Origin: Spirochaetota bacterium
GTDB taxonomy: Bacteria; Spirochaetota; UBA4802; JAFGDQ01
Length of the DNA stretch: 64,000 nucleotides
Reading direction: 5' to 3'
Assembly (NCBI GenBank): GCA_043803405.1
Contig: JAZDKB010000020.1
Coordinates: 1-64,000 of the forward strand
A model generated the notes under the pieces. The model searched no databases and was not told the DNA's origin. It saw nothing but the letters and a program-made list of their open reading frames with translations. The stretch's first letter is position 1. Each line of letters starts with the position of its first letter. Positions 47,372 to 57,691 of this stretch are shown in pieces. Made by a program: the position numbers and the translations under genes.

Positions 47372-48949
47372 TTAACTCTTACAAAAACACCTTAATAAAT
47401 TAAACAAAAATTTTGCTCTACCTTCTAATAAAAGTTTTAACTCATCAACAAATAAAGGTTTTGTAAAAAATAAAATAGCTATATAAAAACTAAAAAATAT
47501 CACAGCTTGAATGATGATAGTTACTAAATTCGATATTCTGTCTATAGGATGTATGACATGTTTAATTGCAACTGTAACAGCTACAATACATAATCCACAA
47601 AAAGTACAAATAATAAATGAATTTAAAAAGTTTGTTTTTAAAAATCTAAAAATCGGCAACTTAATATCTCGATGAAAAGCAATTATTCCATAAATAACAG
47701 AGACAAATAAAGCAATTGAAGTACCAATTGCGACTCCACTAAAACCAAACAATTTAACAAAAATAATACTCAAGGGTATATTTAAAATCATCGCGATTAT
47801 GCCAGACCACATTTCAATATGAGTTTTCCCCGTTGCTTGAATGGCAATAGACCTCATCCCGGATAAAACAGCAAAGAGATAACCTATCCCTAAAATAATT
47901 ATAACAATTATAGACCTTTCATAACCTTTACCCATCCAAATTGCCATAATCTGAGGCGACGTGACAATAATGAAAGTAAAAATAGGTGTAATAATAAGTG
48001 CTAAATATTTTGTTCCTAAAGTATATCCTTGAATAAATTTATTTCTTTCTCCTTTTGCTTCCAATTCAACCAAAGCCGGCATGATTGGCGTAAAAATTAA
48101 AACTGCAAACGATTTAATCTTATCAATTATAGAACTTCCGAGCTGATAATATGTAACCATTCCAATAGATAAAAAATTAGTTATAATAACTTTATCAATA
48201 TTCAAAGATACTTGTGATGATATGTTAGCTATTTGTAATTTATATCCGTAATTCCAAATTTGTGCGGCTGTCTTTTTATTGAACATCAAAAGATTAATCT
48301 TTAATTCTGGAAAAATTTTAAAAGCTATGAATATATTTATTAATGAATTTAATAAGAATAAAATAATACTATTATATATTAAACCATTTATGCTAAAATC
48401 ATTTTCCAAAAAAATTACTGCACCTATAGCCATTGGAATTGATAAAATTATAGTAATTTTATTAGTAATATCTAAGCGTTGCAAACCGCCTTGTATTGAA
48501 ACAATAGGGCTAATAATATTTGATGCGCAAAACAGAATAATACTCAAAACATAAACATATTTTGTAATTTCTAAATATTGTACTGGAATATTGATAAATT
48601 TAAGTATTTGGTCAATAAAAAATACCGAAAATAATAAAACTAATATTGAGATAATAAGATAAAGTCCTATTCCTGTATTAATAACCTCATTTATTTTGGC
48701 GTAATTCTTCTTAGTATAAAATTCCGATATATATTTAACAAATGAACTTCCTATACCGAAATCCAATAGAGTAAAAAACCCAGTTATTACACTAATAATT
48801 GCCCATATACCAAATAATTCATTACCTAACTTACTTATAATATATGGAGTTAAAAGCAGACCGACTATCATTGTCCAAAATCGGCCTATTATATTAAATT
48901 TAGTATTTCTAATAATTTTTTGTGATATTGATTGTTCTTTAGTCTTCAA
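47372..48949 (-). CDS. wzx: Wzx-type polysaccharide flippase (MOP superfamily)
   Basis: Many TM helices; LTPYIISKLG..FGIW..LLDFGIG, NIDKVII..YYQLG. Confidence 0.85.
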   Translation of the reverse strand: MKTKEQSISQKIIRNTKFNIIGRFWTMIVGLLLTPYIISKLGNELFGIWAIISVITGFFTLLDFGIGSSFVKYISEFYTKKNYAKINEVINTGIGLYLIISILVLLFSVFFIDQILKFINIPVQYLEITKYVYVLSIILFCASNIISPIVSIQGGLQRLDITNKITIILSIPMAIGAVIFLENDFSINGLIYNSIILFLLNSLINIFIAFKIFPELKINLLMFNKKTAAQIWNYGYKLQIANISSQVSLNIDKVIITNFLSIGMVTYYQLGSSIIDKIKSFAVLIFTPIMPALVELEAKGERNKFIQGYTLGTKYLALIITPIFTFIIVTSPQIMAIWMGKGYERSIIVIIILGIGYLFAVLSGMRSIAIQATGKTHIEMWSGIIAMILNIPLSIIFVKLFGFSGVAIGTSIALFVSVIYGIIAFHRDIKLPIFRFLKTNFLNSFIICTFCGLCIVAVTVAIKHVIHPIDRISNLVTIIIQAVIFFSFYIAILFFTKPLFVDELKLLLEGRAKFLFNLLRCFCKS

Positions 48950-49589
48950 TTTTTTTTAGATGCTTTTATATTACTTCTAATATTTTTATTACAATTCATT
49001 ATTTTTATTTATTGATTAATTGCTTTTTTATAAAAGCATCAAATATTTACAATTATAAGGAATAAGAAATACCGACATTTCCTTAGTGTGCGTCCAAAAA
49101 CCTGTTTATAAAAGGACGCTATCCTAAATCATAAAATTCCTATAAATATTTATTATTTTTTGATTTTTTCTGTAAATTTGAAACAGTCAACTTGAATAAT
49201 TATTATAAAAAAGATTAGCTCAAGTTGAAGTTGCCGAAGTATTCCGAGTTAGCCTTTATAAATTCAACGATTATTCACTTTGTAGTATACTTCTATGAAT
49301 TACAAGAAAAAATTAAACTCATTAAAAGATTGTAGATTACTCAATTCCATTGTTGGAAAGCAAATAATAAAATGATTTATTACATAGAAATACTTCTTGA
49401 CCAATTACCAATTTTATAACTTAAAAATCAATACTAGAATAGTTATGCAAGTATAATTTCCTTGTTTTCACATAATTTATCTTTATTATAATGTGTAAAT
49501 CATGACTTATCCTAAAGTTATAAAAATAAATTTTTTCTAATAAAAAGACACAGAACTTAATTAAGTAATCATTTCCAAGGAGACAATTC

Positions 49590-50378
49590 ATGAAAGTAGT
49601 CATATTGGCAGGAGGTTTTGGAACACGTTTAAGTGAAGAAACGGAGATAAAACCGAAACCAATGATTGAAATCGGAGGAAAGCCAATATTATGGCATATA
49701 ATGAAAATCTATTCTCATTTTGGATTTAATGATTTTATTATATGTCTTGGATATAAAGGTTATTATATTAAAGAGTATTTTGCGCATTATTTTTTACATC
49801 AGTCGGATGTTACATTCGATTTCACCAATAATGATCAATACACAATCCACAAACATGAAGCAGAGCCCTGGAAAGTAACTTTGATTGATACAGGATCGAA
49901 TACTATGACAGGCGGTAGAGTAAAACGAATTCAAAAGTATACAGAAGAAAAACCATTTTTACTAACCTATGGCGATGGTGTAGCAGATGTTAATATTAGT
50001 AAACTGGTTGACTATCATAAAAAGCATGGGAAACTGGCTACAGTTACATCTGTTCAGCCTTCAGGTCGTTTTGGCGCATTAAACCTAGATTTCGAATTAC
50101 ATGTTACATCATTTTTGGAAAAACCTCAGGGAGATAATACCTGGATCAATGGTGGATTTTTTGTTTTAGAACCAGAAATATTTAATTATATTGAAGACGA
50201 TAGCACTGTATGGGAAAAAGCACCTTTGGAAAATCTAGCTCACGGAAAACAGCTTGTTGCATATAAACATACCGGCTTCTGGCAGCCGATGGATACTCTC
50301 AGAGATAAAAGAGAGCTTGAAGCACTCTGGGAGAATAATAAGGCGCCATGGAATATGTGGAATAATTTAAAGAAATGA
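49590..50378 (+). CDS. rfbF: Glucose-1-phosphate cytidylyltransferase
   Basis: LAGGFGTRLSEET..KPKPMIEIGGKPILWHIMK, TMTGGR, LTYGDG, GFWQPMDTLRD. Confidence 0.95.
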   Translation: MKVVILAGGFGTRLSEETEIKPKPMIEIGGKPILWHIMKIYSHFGFNDFIICLGYKGYYIKEYFAHYFLHQSDVTFDFTNNDQYTIHKHEAEPWKVTLIDTGSNTMTGGRVKRIQKYTEEKPFLLTYGDGVADVNISKLVDYHKKHGKLATVTSVQPSGRFGALNLDFELHVTSFLEKPQGDNTWINGGFFVLEPEIFNYIEDDSTVWEKAPLENLAHGKQLVAYKHTGFWQPMDTLRDKRELEALWENNKAPWNMWNNLKK

Positions 50379-51481
50379 TTATGGAAACTCTTTTCAATAA
50401 TATTTATAAAAATAAAAAAGTCATTGTGACCGGTCATACCGGTTTTAAAGGCTCATGGTTAGCATTATGGCTTAATCAACTTGGAGCCGATGTATGCGGA
50501 TATTCACTAGAAGCCCCAACTCAACCTAATCATTTTTCCTTATTATCGACAGAGGTCCAAAGCATATTTGATGATATTAGAAATAAAGAAGCTATTGGAA
50601 AAGCTATAAATGCCTTCAAACCAGATATCATATTTCATTTGGCAGCTCAATCTCTGGTAAGGCCTTCGTATCAAAATCCTGTTGAGACATTTGAAACAAA
50701 TGTAATTGGCACGCTCAATGTCTTTGAAGCCTGTAGGAAGCTAAATTCAGTAAAGGCAATAGTTAACATTACAAGCGATAAATGTTATGAAAATCAAGAA
50801 TGGCTATGGGGTTACAGAGAAAATGATCCAATGGGCGGTTTTGATCCATACAGTGCATCAAAAGGTTGTTCAGAAATTGCAACAAGTTCATTCCGCAATT
50901 CATTCTTTAATATAGATAGATATGGCTTCTCACATAATACTCTTCTTGCCAGTGCAAGAGCTGGAAATGTTATTGGCGGCGGGGATTGGGCAGTCGATAG
51001 ATTGATCCCTGATATAATGAGGGCAACCGATAAAAGTATTGAAGTACTTATAAGAAGTCCGCATGCGATAAGACCATGGCAGCATGTATTGGAGCCTTTA
51101 AGCGGTTATCTTCTACTAGGGCAAAAATTGCTGCAAGAAAAAAAAGAATACGCAGATGCGTGGAACTTTGGTCCAAATCATGGTGGGGCCATAGAAGTAA
51201 TTGAAGTTTTAAATACAATTAAAAAATATTGGGACAAAATTAATTATACCGTTCAAGAAGATATTAATAATCCTCATGAAGCAGCTTTATTAAGACTCGA
51301 TTGTTCAAAAGCGCATTTGTTATTAAACTGGAATCCCGTATGGGATATAAATTCCACGATTGAAAAGACTGCTTGTTGGTACAAATCATTTTATGAACAA
51401 AAAGAACTTCTCAGCAAAAAAGATTTGAATAATTACATTAAAGATGCAAAGAAAAAAAATATTGTTTGGACAAATAAATAA
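50375..51481 (+). CDS. rfbG: CDP-glucose 4,6-dehydratase
   Basis: TGHTGFKGSWL, TSDKCYEN, DPYSASKG, RAGNVIGGGDW, RPWQHVLEPL. Confidence 0.95.
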   Translation: MIMETLFNNIYKNKKVIVTGHTGFKGSWLALWLNQLGADVCGYSLEAPTQPNHFSLLSTEVQSIFDDIRNKEAIGKAINAFKPDIIFHLAAQSLVRPSYQNPVETFETNVIGTLNVFEACRKLNSVKAIVNITSDKCYENQEWLWGYRENDPMGGFDPYSASKGCSEIATSSFRNSFFNIDRYGFSHNTLLASARAGNVIGGGDWAVDRLIPDIMRATDKSIEVLIRSPHAIRPWQHVLEPLSGYLLLGQKLLQEKKEYADAWNFGPNHGGAIEVIEVLNTIKKYWDKINYTVQEDINNPHEAALLRLDCSKAHLLLNWNPVWDINSTIEKTACWYKSFYEQKELLSKKDLNNYIKDAKKKNIVWTNK

Positions 51482-52033
51482 GTGAAATTTAATAAAACGA
51501 AATTAGAAAATTTATTTGTAATTGAGTTAACACCATTTAAAGATGAAAGAGGTATGTTTTCCAGGTTGTTTTGTAAAAAAGAGCTTGAAAGCTTAAACTT
51601 AACAAAAGAGATAGTTCAAATTAATCAATCTTTGACAAAAAAAATTGGCGCCATAAGAGGACTTCATTTTCAATATCCCCCTAAATCGGAAATAAAAATT
51701 ATTAAATGTATCAGAGGGGAAGTTTTCGATGTGGCGATAGATATTAGAAAAAATTCTCCAACTTTTCTACAATGGCACGGAGAAATATTATCTGAAGACA
51801 ATATGAAATCATATTTTCTTCCCGAAGGATTTGCACATGGTTTTCAGGTTTTAAAAGAAAATAGTGAATTATTATATCTTCATACTGAATTTTATGATCC
51901 AAAATATGAAGGCGGACTTAATTATAATGATCCTGTTTTAAATATTAACTGGCCGCTAACTGTTTCAGAAGTATCAAAAAAAGATGAGAGTTTCCCATTA
52001 ATTGATAATAACTTTACAGGAGTACAACCTTGA
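51482..52033 (+). CDS. rfbC: NDP-4-keto-6-deoxyhexose 3,5-epimerase (RmlC/RfbC family)
   Basis: DERGMFSR, RGLHFQ, DVAIDIRKNSPTF, PEGFAHGF. Confidence 0.9.
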   Translation: MKFNKTKLENLFVIELTPFKDERGMFSRLFCKKELESLNLTKEIVQINQSLTKKIGAIRGLHFQYPPKSEIKIIKCIRGEVFDVAIDIRKNSPTFLQWHGEILSEDNMKSYFLPEGFAHGFQVLKENSELLYLHTEFYDPKYEGGLNYNDPVLNINWPLTVSEVSKKDESFPLIDNNFTGVQP

Positions 52034-53253
52034 ATTGTAGATTTTGCAATAATAAATTAACTTTTGGATTTATTGATTTAGTTAACTCCCCACCTTCTAA
52101 CTCTTTTATTTCAAAAGAACAACTCAATGAACCAGAAGTTTTTTATCCCTTGAAATTATATGTTTGTGAAAAATGTTTTCTTGTACAAATAGATGAATAT
52201 AAAAAATCTAGCGATATTTTCAATGGTGATTATGCATATTTTTCTTCATTCTCGAAAAGCTGGATGGAGCATGCAAAAAATTATGTCAATATGGTTGTAG
52301 ATAAATATAAAATAAATAAAAATTCATATATTGTTGAAGTTGCATCAAATGATGGATATTTACTGCAGTATTTTGTAGAAAAAAATATTCCATGTACCGG
52401 TATTGAACCTACATCAAATACTGCAGCAGCTGCTAGAGAAAAAGGGATTCATGTTATTGAAGACTATTTCGGAGTTGCTCTTGCAAAAAAATTATCAAAT
52501 GAAAAGAAAAAAGCAGACCTAATAATTGGCAATAATGTATTGGCACATGTTCCAGATATCAATGATTTTGTTGAAGGGCTAAAAATATTGCTCAAAGATG
52601 ACGGTTTCATCAATATGGAATTCCCACATCTTATGCAATTGATTGAGAAAAATCAGTTTGACACTATTTATCACGAGCATTTTTCTTACTTATCTTTTAT
52701 TGCAGTTAAAGCTATCTTCGAATTACATGGCCTTCAAATGTTTGATGTCGAAGAAATTTCAACACACGGTGGTTCTTTAAGAATTTATGCAAAACATAAA
52801 AATGATTTGAGAGATATTTCAAAGAATGTTTCTAAACTAATCGAGAAAGAAAAATCTATGAAAATGGATACCACGCAGTATTATCAAAATTTTCAGAAAA
52901 AAGCTGATAATGTAAAATATAATTTATTGAATTTTCTTATCCAGCAAAAATTAAATGGAAAAAAAGTTGCAGCTTATGGTGCCGCAGCAAAGGGGAATAC
53001 ATTATTAAACTATTGCGGAGTTAAAACCGATTTGATTGATTTCGTAGTAGACTTATCTCCACATAAGCAGGGCAAATACCTTCCTGGCAGTCATATTCCT
53101 ATAGAAAATGAAGCCAAGCTTAACGAAAAAAAACCAGATTATATTTTAATTCTTCCTTGGAATATAAAAGACGAAATAATTCAACAATTAGAATATGCGA
53201 AAGAGTGGGGAGGAAAATTTGTTATCCCAATCCCTGAATTAGTAATTATATGA
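52030..53253 (+). CDS. NDP-hexose C-methyltransferase
   Basis: CRFC..CEKC zinc motif, EVASNDG, NNVLAHVPD, FDTIYHEH, THGGSLR, YGAAAKG. Confidence 0.9.
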   Translation: MNCRFCNNKLTFGFIDLVNSPPSNSFISKEQLNEPEVFYPLKLYVCEKCFLVQIDEYKKSSDIFNGDYAYFSSFSKSWMEHAKNYVNMVVDKYKINKNSYIVEVASNDGYLLQYFVEKNIPCTGIEPTSNTAAAAREKGIHVIEDYFGVALAKKLSNEKKKADLIIGNNVLAHVPDINDFVEGLKILLKDDGFINMEFPHLMQLIEKNQFDTIYHEHFSYLSFIAVKAIFELHGLQMFDVEEISTHGGSLRIYAKHKNDLRDISKNVSKLIEKEKSMKMDTTQYYQNFQKKADNVKYNLLNFLIQQKLNGKKVAAYGAAAKGNTLLNYCGVKTDLIDFVVDLSPHKQGKYLPGSHIPIENEAKLNEKKPDYILILPWNIKDEIIQQLEYAKEWGGKFVIPIPELVII

Positions 53254-54110
53254 AAATATTAGTTACTGGCGCAACTGGATTTATAGGTACTCATGTAATA
53301 AATGAATTATTAAAATCAAGAAATCATGATGTATTTGCTACTGCAATTGAGTCTTCAGACAAAGCAAAGATTTTTGATTGGTTTAAATCTGTTAAATATA
53401 TTGAATGTGATTTAAACAACAGTAAGAAAAATTTCTTTTCATTTTTTGAGCATCCGGATTTACTCATACATCTTTCGTGGCAAGGATTACCAAATTATAA
53501 AGAACTTTTTCATTTTGAAAAAAATTTATTTTCAAACTATTTCTTTATTAAAAACATTATTGAGAATGGTTTAAAAAATCTTTCCGTCATTGGGACTTGT
53601 TTTGAGTATGGCTTACAGGAAGGTTGCTTAAGTGAATCATTTGAAACTAAACCCATAAATTCTTATGGTCTAGCCAAAGATACTCTCAGAAAATTTATTC
53701 TAGAATTAAATAATAAGTTTCAATTTTCTTTCAAATGGATAAGACTTTTTTATTTATATGGAGAAGGTCAGAGTAAAAATTCAATTCTTGAACAATTAAA
53801 AACAGCTTTAGCTAATAATGAAGCAGTTTTTAATATGTCTGGTGGTGAGCAATTGAGAGACTATCTCCCAATTGAAAAAGTTGCGGAATATATTGTTAAG
53901 ATATCTTCTCAAAAAGATTTTACGGGAATTATTAATTGTTGCAGCGGAGAACCTATTTCAATTAGACGATTAGTAGAAAATTATTTAGAAGCAAACAATA
54001 AACAGATTAAATTAAATTTGGGTTATTATCCTTATCCTGATTATGAGCCAATGGCATTCTGGGGTGATGATAAAAAATTAAAACAAATAATTAGTTTATA
54101 TAATTTATAA
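53250..54110 (+). CDS. NAD(P)-dependent epimerase / 4-ketoreductase (extended SDR)
   Basis: TGATGFIG, GTCFEYG, YGLAK, RLFYLYG, GEQLRDY. Confidence 0.88.
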   Translation: MKILVTGATGFIGTHVINELLKSRNHDVFATAIESSDKAKIFDWFKSVKYIECDLNNSKKNFFSFFEHPDLLIHLSWQGLPNYKELFHFEKNLFSNYFFIKNIIENGLKNLSVIGTCFEYGLQEGCLSESFETKPINSYGLAKDTLRKFILELNNKFQFSFKWIRLFYLYGEGQSKNSILEQLKTALANNEAVFNMSGGEQLRDYLPIEKVAEYIVKISSQKDFTGIINCCSGEPISIRRLVENYLEANNKQIKLNLGYYPYPDYEPMAFWGDDKKLKQIISLYNL

Positions 54111-54201
54111 AATAATATTAGTTAATAGTGAAATACTATCAAAAAAAATATTTTCAAGTCATAAATAACTTACAATATAAATTCAATCTACAAAAGTTTC
54201 T

Positions 54202-55035
54202 TTAAAAGTAAATATTATAATTATTACCCCATGCATATCGAGCCAATTTTAAAGCAAAATTCTTGTCTGCATTTAAAAATAAATCCGTTTGATTATCCGC
54301 AATTAATAAATTATTCAGAGAGGCCTGTCTGAATGTTTCCGATAAAAACCATTCTTCCTTTTTATACCCCTTACCATTTTTCCCAACAACTACAACCTCA
54401 TACCCCATTTTCATAACCTGTTTTGTCAAACAATCTTTACCACTTTCAAATTTATATGCATTCTTTTTGGTTAATATCAAACCACAATGTATTTTATTTA
54501 GAATTTCACGAGAAATTAAAAAACCATTTGTACGTATATGATAATTTGGAAATGGATTATAAAAAAATTTGAGCCTTATAAGTTGAAAATAATGATTAAT
54601 AAATAATTTATAATACCATTTTAAATTATGCCAGTTTACTAAATTAGTATAATAACTTTCATATGATCCACTTGTACCTACCAGCCCTATTTCATGTTTA
54701 ATAATATGATTATACATTTTAAACAGCCATTTATTATCTAAAATACGACTAAATGAATTTAGAAAACAAAAAAATCTGTAATTAAATGTTTTAGCAGCTT
54801 TGAAATATGGTCTAATATCAAAACCAAAATCTTTTACATACATCTCTTTATATGAAATACCCAATAATAATTTTTTGTAATCAGATACTATTTTTTTATT
54901 TGAAAATCCTTTAAATATTATTAGTAAATCGTGCTCAATGCCGCTATCATAATGCAAATATGACTCTAAAAATTTTTTAAATGTATCTATTCCATTCTTC
55001 TCTCTAACCAAATGGACAACACATATCGATTTCAT
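54202..55035 (-). CDS. Hypothetical protein of the glycan locus (possible divergent glycosyltransferase)
   Basis: GAGGA RBS before MKSICVV; GFDI..Y, FCFLNS, HIRTNGF, FESG motifs; locus context. Confidence 0.6.
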   Translation of the reverse strand: MKSICVVHLVREKNGIDTFKKFLESYLHYDSGIEHDLLIIFKGFSNKKIVSDYKKLLLGISYKEMYVKDFGFDIRPYFKAAKTFNYRFFCFLNSFSRILDNKWLFKMYNHIIKHEIGLVGTSGSYESYYTNLVNWHNLKWYYKLFINHYFQLIRLKFFYNPFPNYHIRTNGFLISREILNKIHCGLILTKKNAYKFESGKDCLTKQVMKMGYEVVVVGKNGKGYKKEEWFLSETFRQASLNNLLIADNQTDLFLNADKNFALKLARYAWGNNYNIYF

Positions 55036-55135
55036 ATTTTCCTCATAATATAAATAATACAATATTTTTTATAGAATTAGTTATTTTTTGCAGAATGAAA
55101 CAAATATAAATCATGCTAAAATCTTGAAATTATAT

Positions 55136-55987
55136 CTATTTTTGGGCAATAATAGCGATAGCCGGGCCATTTATATGATTTAACTCATGAAAATTAATTT
55201 TAATGTTAGAAAAATTGAAATGCTTCAAACACAATAAAAGATCTTCCTTTGTCAACCAATTACTATATTTTTCTGTTCCTCCACAAAAGCTCATTCCGCC
55301 TAATGCTGTTTTGTATTTATACCGATTTAGCGTGTGTTTAAATCCAGCATGTTCAGAGACAATTGGCCTACCAAATTTATGAGCAATGGAAGGCTTATTA
55401 TTAATAATATCTTTATTGTAATACTGAGTCCATAGAAAAACCGTGTTAGCGACTTTTGATATAGACTCAATCAACTCAACAGGATTAATCATATGATAAA
55501 GTACACCAGAAGCAACGCATATATCATATTTTTCATTAGTATCTAATAGGAATTGTCTAAAATCACCACACAACATCTTGACGTTATGCAAGTTTAGAAT
55601 TTCTTTCATAATTAGGCATTTCATAAAAGCTCGTGTATTAGATTCAATAGCTTTAATTTCGGAAACCCCTGCCTTATGTAGCATGTAAGTATGAGCTGCT
55701 TCAAGTGGACCAAGCTCTAGGATCGTTTTCCCTTTTACTCCGCCAATCTCTTTAATAAGCCAATTGATCCTTTCATCAGTAAATAATTCAGCCGATCCAG
55801 TCTTAATCCCATATTCTTCAGGTAATTTAGAAATCCATTCATCTTTAAAGATATCAACTGCGCATTGAGGAGAAGGTATAACTTTTACATATTGGTCCAG
55901 AATGAATTGCTCACCTCTTAATATTTGTTTTATCTTTAATAGAATTGACTTGACCATGCTTATAATAGAATAAAAATATTTAATCAT
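55136..55987 (-). CDS. Class I SAM-dependent methyltransferase
   Basis: ILELGPLEAAHT, YDICVASGVLYHMINP; GAGGT RBS before ATG 55987. Confidence 0.85.
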   Translation of the reverse strand: MIKYFYSIISMVKSILLKIKQILRGEQFILDQYVKVIPSPQCAVDIFKDEWISKLPEEYGIKTGSAELFTDERINWLIKEIGGVKGKTILELGPLEAAHTYMLHKAGVSEIKAIESNTRAFMKCLIMKEILNLHNVKMLCGDFRQFLLDTNEKYDICVASGVLYHMINPVELIESISKVANTVFLWTQYYNKDIINNKPSIAHKFGRPIVSEHAGFKHTLNRYKYKTALGGMSFCGGTEKYSNWLTKEDLLLCLKHFNFSNIKINFHELNHINGPAIAIIAQK

Positions 55988-56130
55988 ATTAACCTCGTAT
56001 TTTATAAACGACGAGAACCCCCTCTTAAATGAAAGTACTTTTTTTCTATTTAATAAGGACACCAAAATAAAAATAATCCTGTATAAAACACTGTGTCCGT
56101 CAAGCATATACTTGTAATTTTTAAAAAAAT

Positions 56131-56638
56131 TTATTCCGGCGCCATTCCGCTTAGTATCCTTTCCGCATCGCTGTTTCTTAAATTTATTTTGTATATCTCG
56201 GAATAAAACTTTTTCATTTCACGGACAATATCCCAGTCCTTAATAAGGGCCTATTGTTTTTATGCCTGCTTCGTGAACCTTGCTGATATTGATTTTTCCT
56301 TTAGGATAAAACACAAGATCAACTTTAAGTTTCAACAGTCTTTCGACATCCACTACACCTGGAGTTGTATTAACCGGAATGTCCTTCAGCTCAGGATAAA
56401 ATTTACATGCCCATGGGGAAGCTTTTTGCGGCAGCAAGGCTATCCTTGATCCGCTGCTCATCATGACAATCTTGTCATAAGCAGGATGATAAAAACATGC
56501 TATTCTTTGCGGGTAATCAGGTATTTCTGTTTTTGTTCCGTCAGGAGCAATGACTGTTCTTGTGCCAGCTGCGTTTATAATACTTGCATTAAAGATGAGT
56601 ATTTTAATTAACATTAAGTATAAGGTTTTCTTTTTCAT
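56131..56638 (-). pseudogene. Second ABC substrate-binding protein with a large internal deletion and frameshift
   Basis: N-terminal 132 aa end in GPY*; a shifted frame continues LIKDWDIVREMKKFYSEIYKINLRNSDAERILSGMAPE*, paralogous to the C-terminus of 56641-57690. Confidence 0.8.
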
Positions 56639-56640
56639 CT

Positions 56641-57690
56641 TTATTCAGGCGGAAGGCATTGGAGAATCCTTTCTGCATCCTTGTCTGTTATATTTTTTCC
56701 GTAAACTTCCGAATAAAATAACTTCATTTCTTTTATCATGTCCCAGTCTTTAATTAAATCGGGATGGAATATCTTCGCCATGTAAATCATAAGGAGAATA
56801 CTTTCGCCGCTCGCATGATCCCATGGAAAAACTCCCATGGGCAGATGATATAGCTTTCCGTTCTTTACAGCTCTCAGCGATGCCCACTTCGAGTCTTTTT
56901 TTACTTCATCAATAGAATCGCCCCAGCCGCTTATAAGAATTATATCGGGATCCCACGAAAATACCTGCTCCATGCTTACTTCCACAAAGTTATTGTCCAT
57001 AGCCTGGGGCAGAAAATTGCCGCCCGAGACTTCCGTGTTCCAGTGCATTACGCTTGCCTTACCCTGGCTGGAGAGCATGCCTCCTCCTCTCCTTCCTCCG
57101 AAATATACTTTAAGCCTGTCTTTCATATCTATCTTTGAAGTGATGGAGAGGATTCTTTTAATTTTATTATCAAAGTATTCGCAGTATTTATCTGCTCTCG
57201 ATTTCGCGTCAGGACCAAGAAGGTCACCGAAAAAAAGGAACTGCCTTTTAAAGTTATCAATATATTTATCCATGGTTCTGGGCCTTTTTTGTGCTGAAAA
57301 TCCGCACGCGGTTTTAAGTCCGGCAGCTTTGTATTTTTCCGCTTCGGCAGGATTAGGCGAATATAGCACAAGATCTACTTTAAGCTTCAGCATTTTTTCA
57401 AGATTGCCTGTTGCATGAGGATTCTCAATATGATGGTCTTTTACTTCAGGAAACATACTGTAAGCCCATGGCGAGAACTTCATCGATAATACAAGGCGAT
57501 CGCCTTTGCCGAGTATTATAATTCTCTCTGCGGATACGGAATGCATACACGCTATCCGTTTCGGGTTTGCAGGCACCTCGATTTTATTGTCGTCCATGTC
57601 AGTTATTATTTTATAATCACCTGCAATTAATGGTGTATAACACATGATCAATAATAGGAGTAGCGCAAATAGTAAAAAATTTTTATTCAT
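56641..57690 (-). CDS. Class III (helical-backbone) ABC substrate-binding protein
   Basis: ITDMDDNKIEVPANPKRIA, NLEKMLKLKVDLV, VSMEQVFSWDPDII, WASLRAVKNGK. Confidence 0.88.
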   Translation of the reverse strand: MNKNFLLFALLLLLIMCYTPLIAGDYKIITDMDDNKIEVPANPKRIACMHSVSAERIIILGKGDRLVLSMKFSPWAYSMFPEVKDHHIENPHATGNLEKMLKLKVDLVLYSPNPAEAEKYKAAGLKTACGFSAQKRPRTMDKYIDNFKRQFLFFGDLLGPDAKSRADKYCEYFDNKIKRILSITSKIDMKDRLKVYFGGRRGGGMLSSQGKASVMHWNTEVSGGNFLPQAMDNNFVEVSMEQVFSWDPDIILISGWGDSIDEVKKDSKWASLRAVKNGKLYHLPMGVFPWDHASGESILLMIYMAKIFHPDLIKDWDMIKEMKLFYSEVYGKNITDKDAERILQCLPPE

Positions 57691-57691
57691 T

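Noticed and set aside
49083..49122. GCGTCC...GGACGC short inverted repeat as a MITE
   Set aside because: Only a 6-bp stem and a single copy; not enough support.
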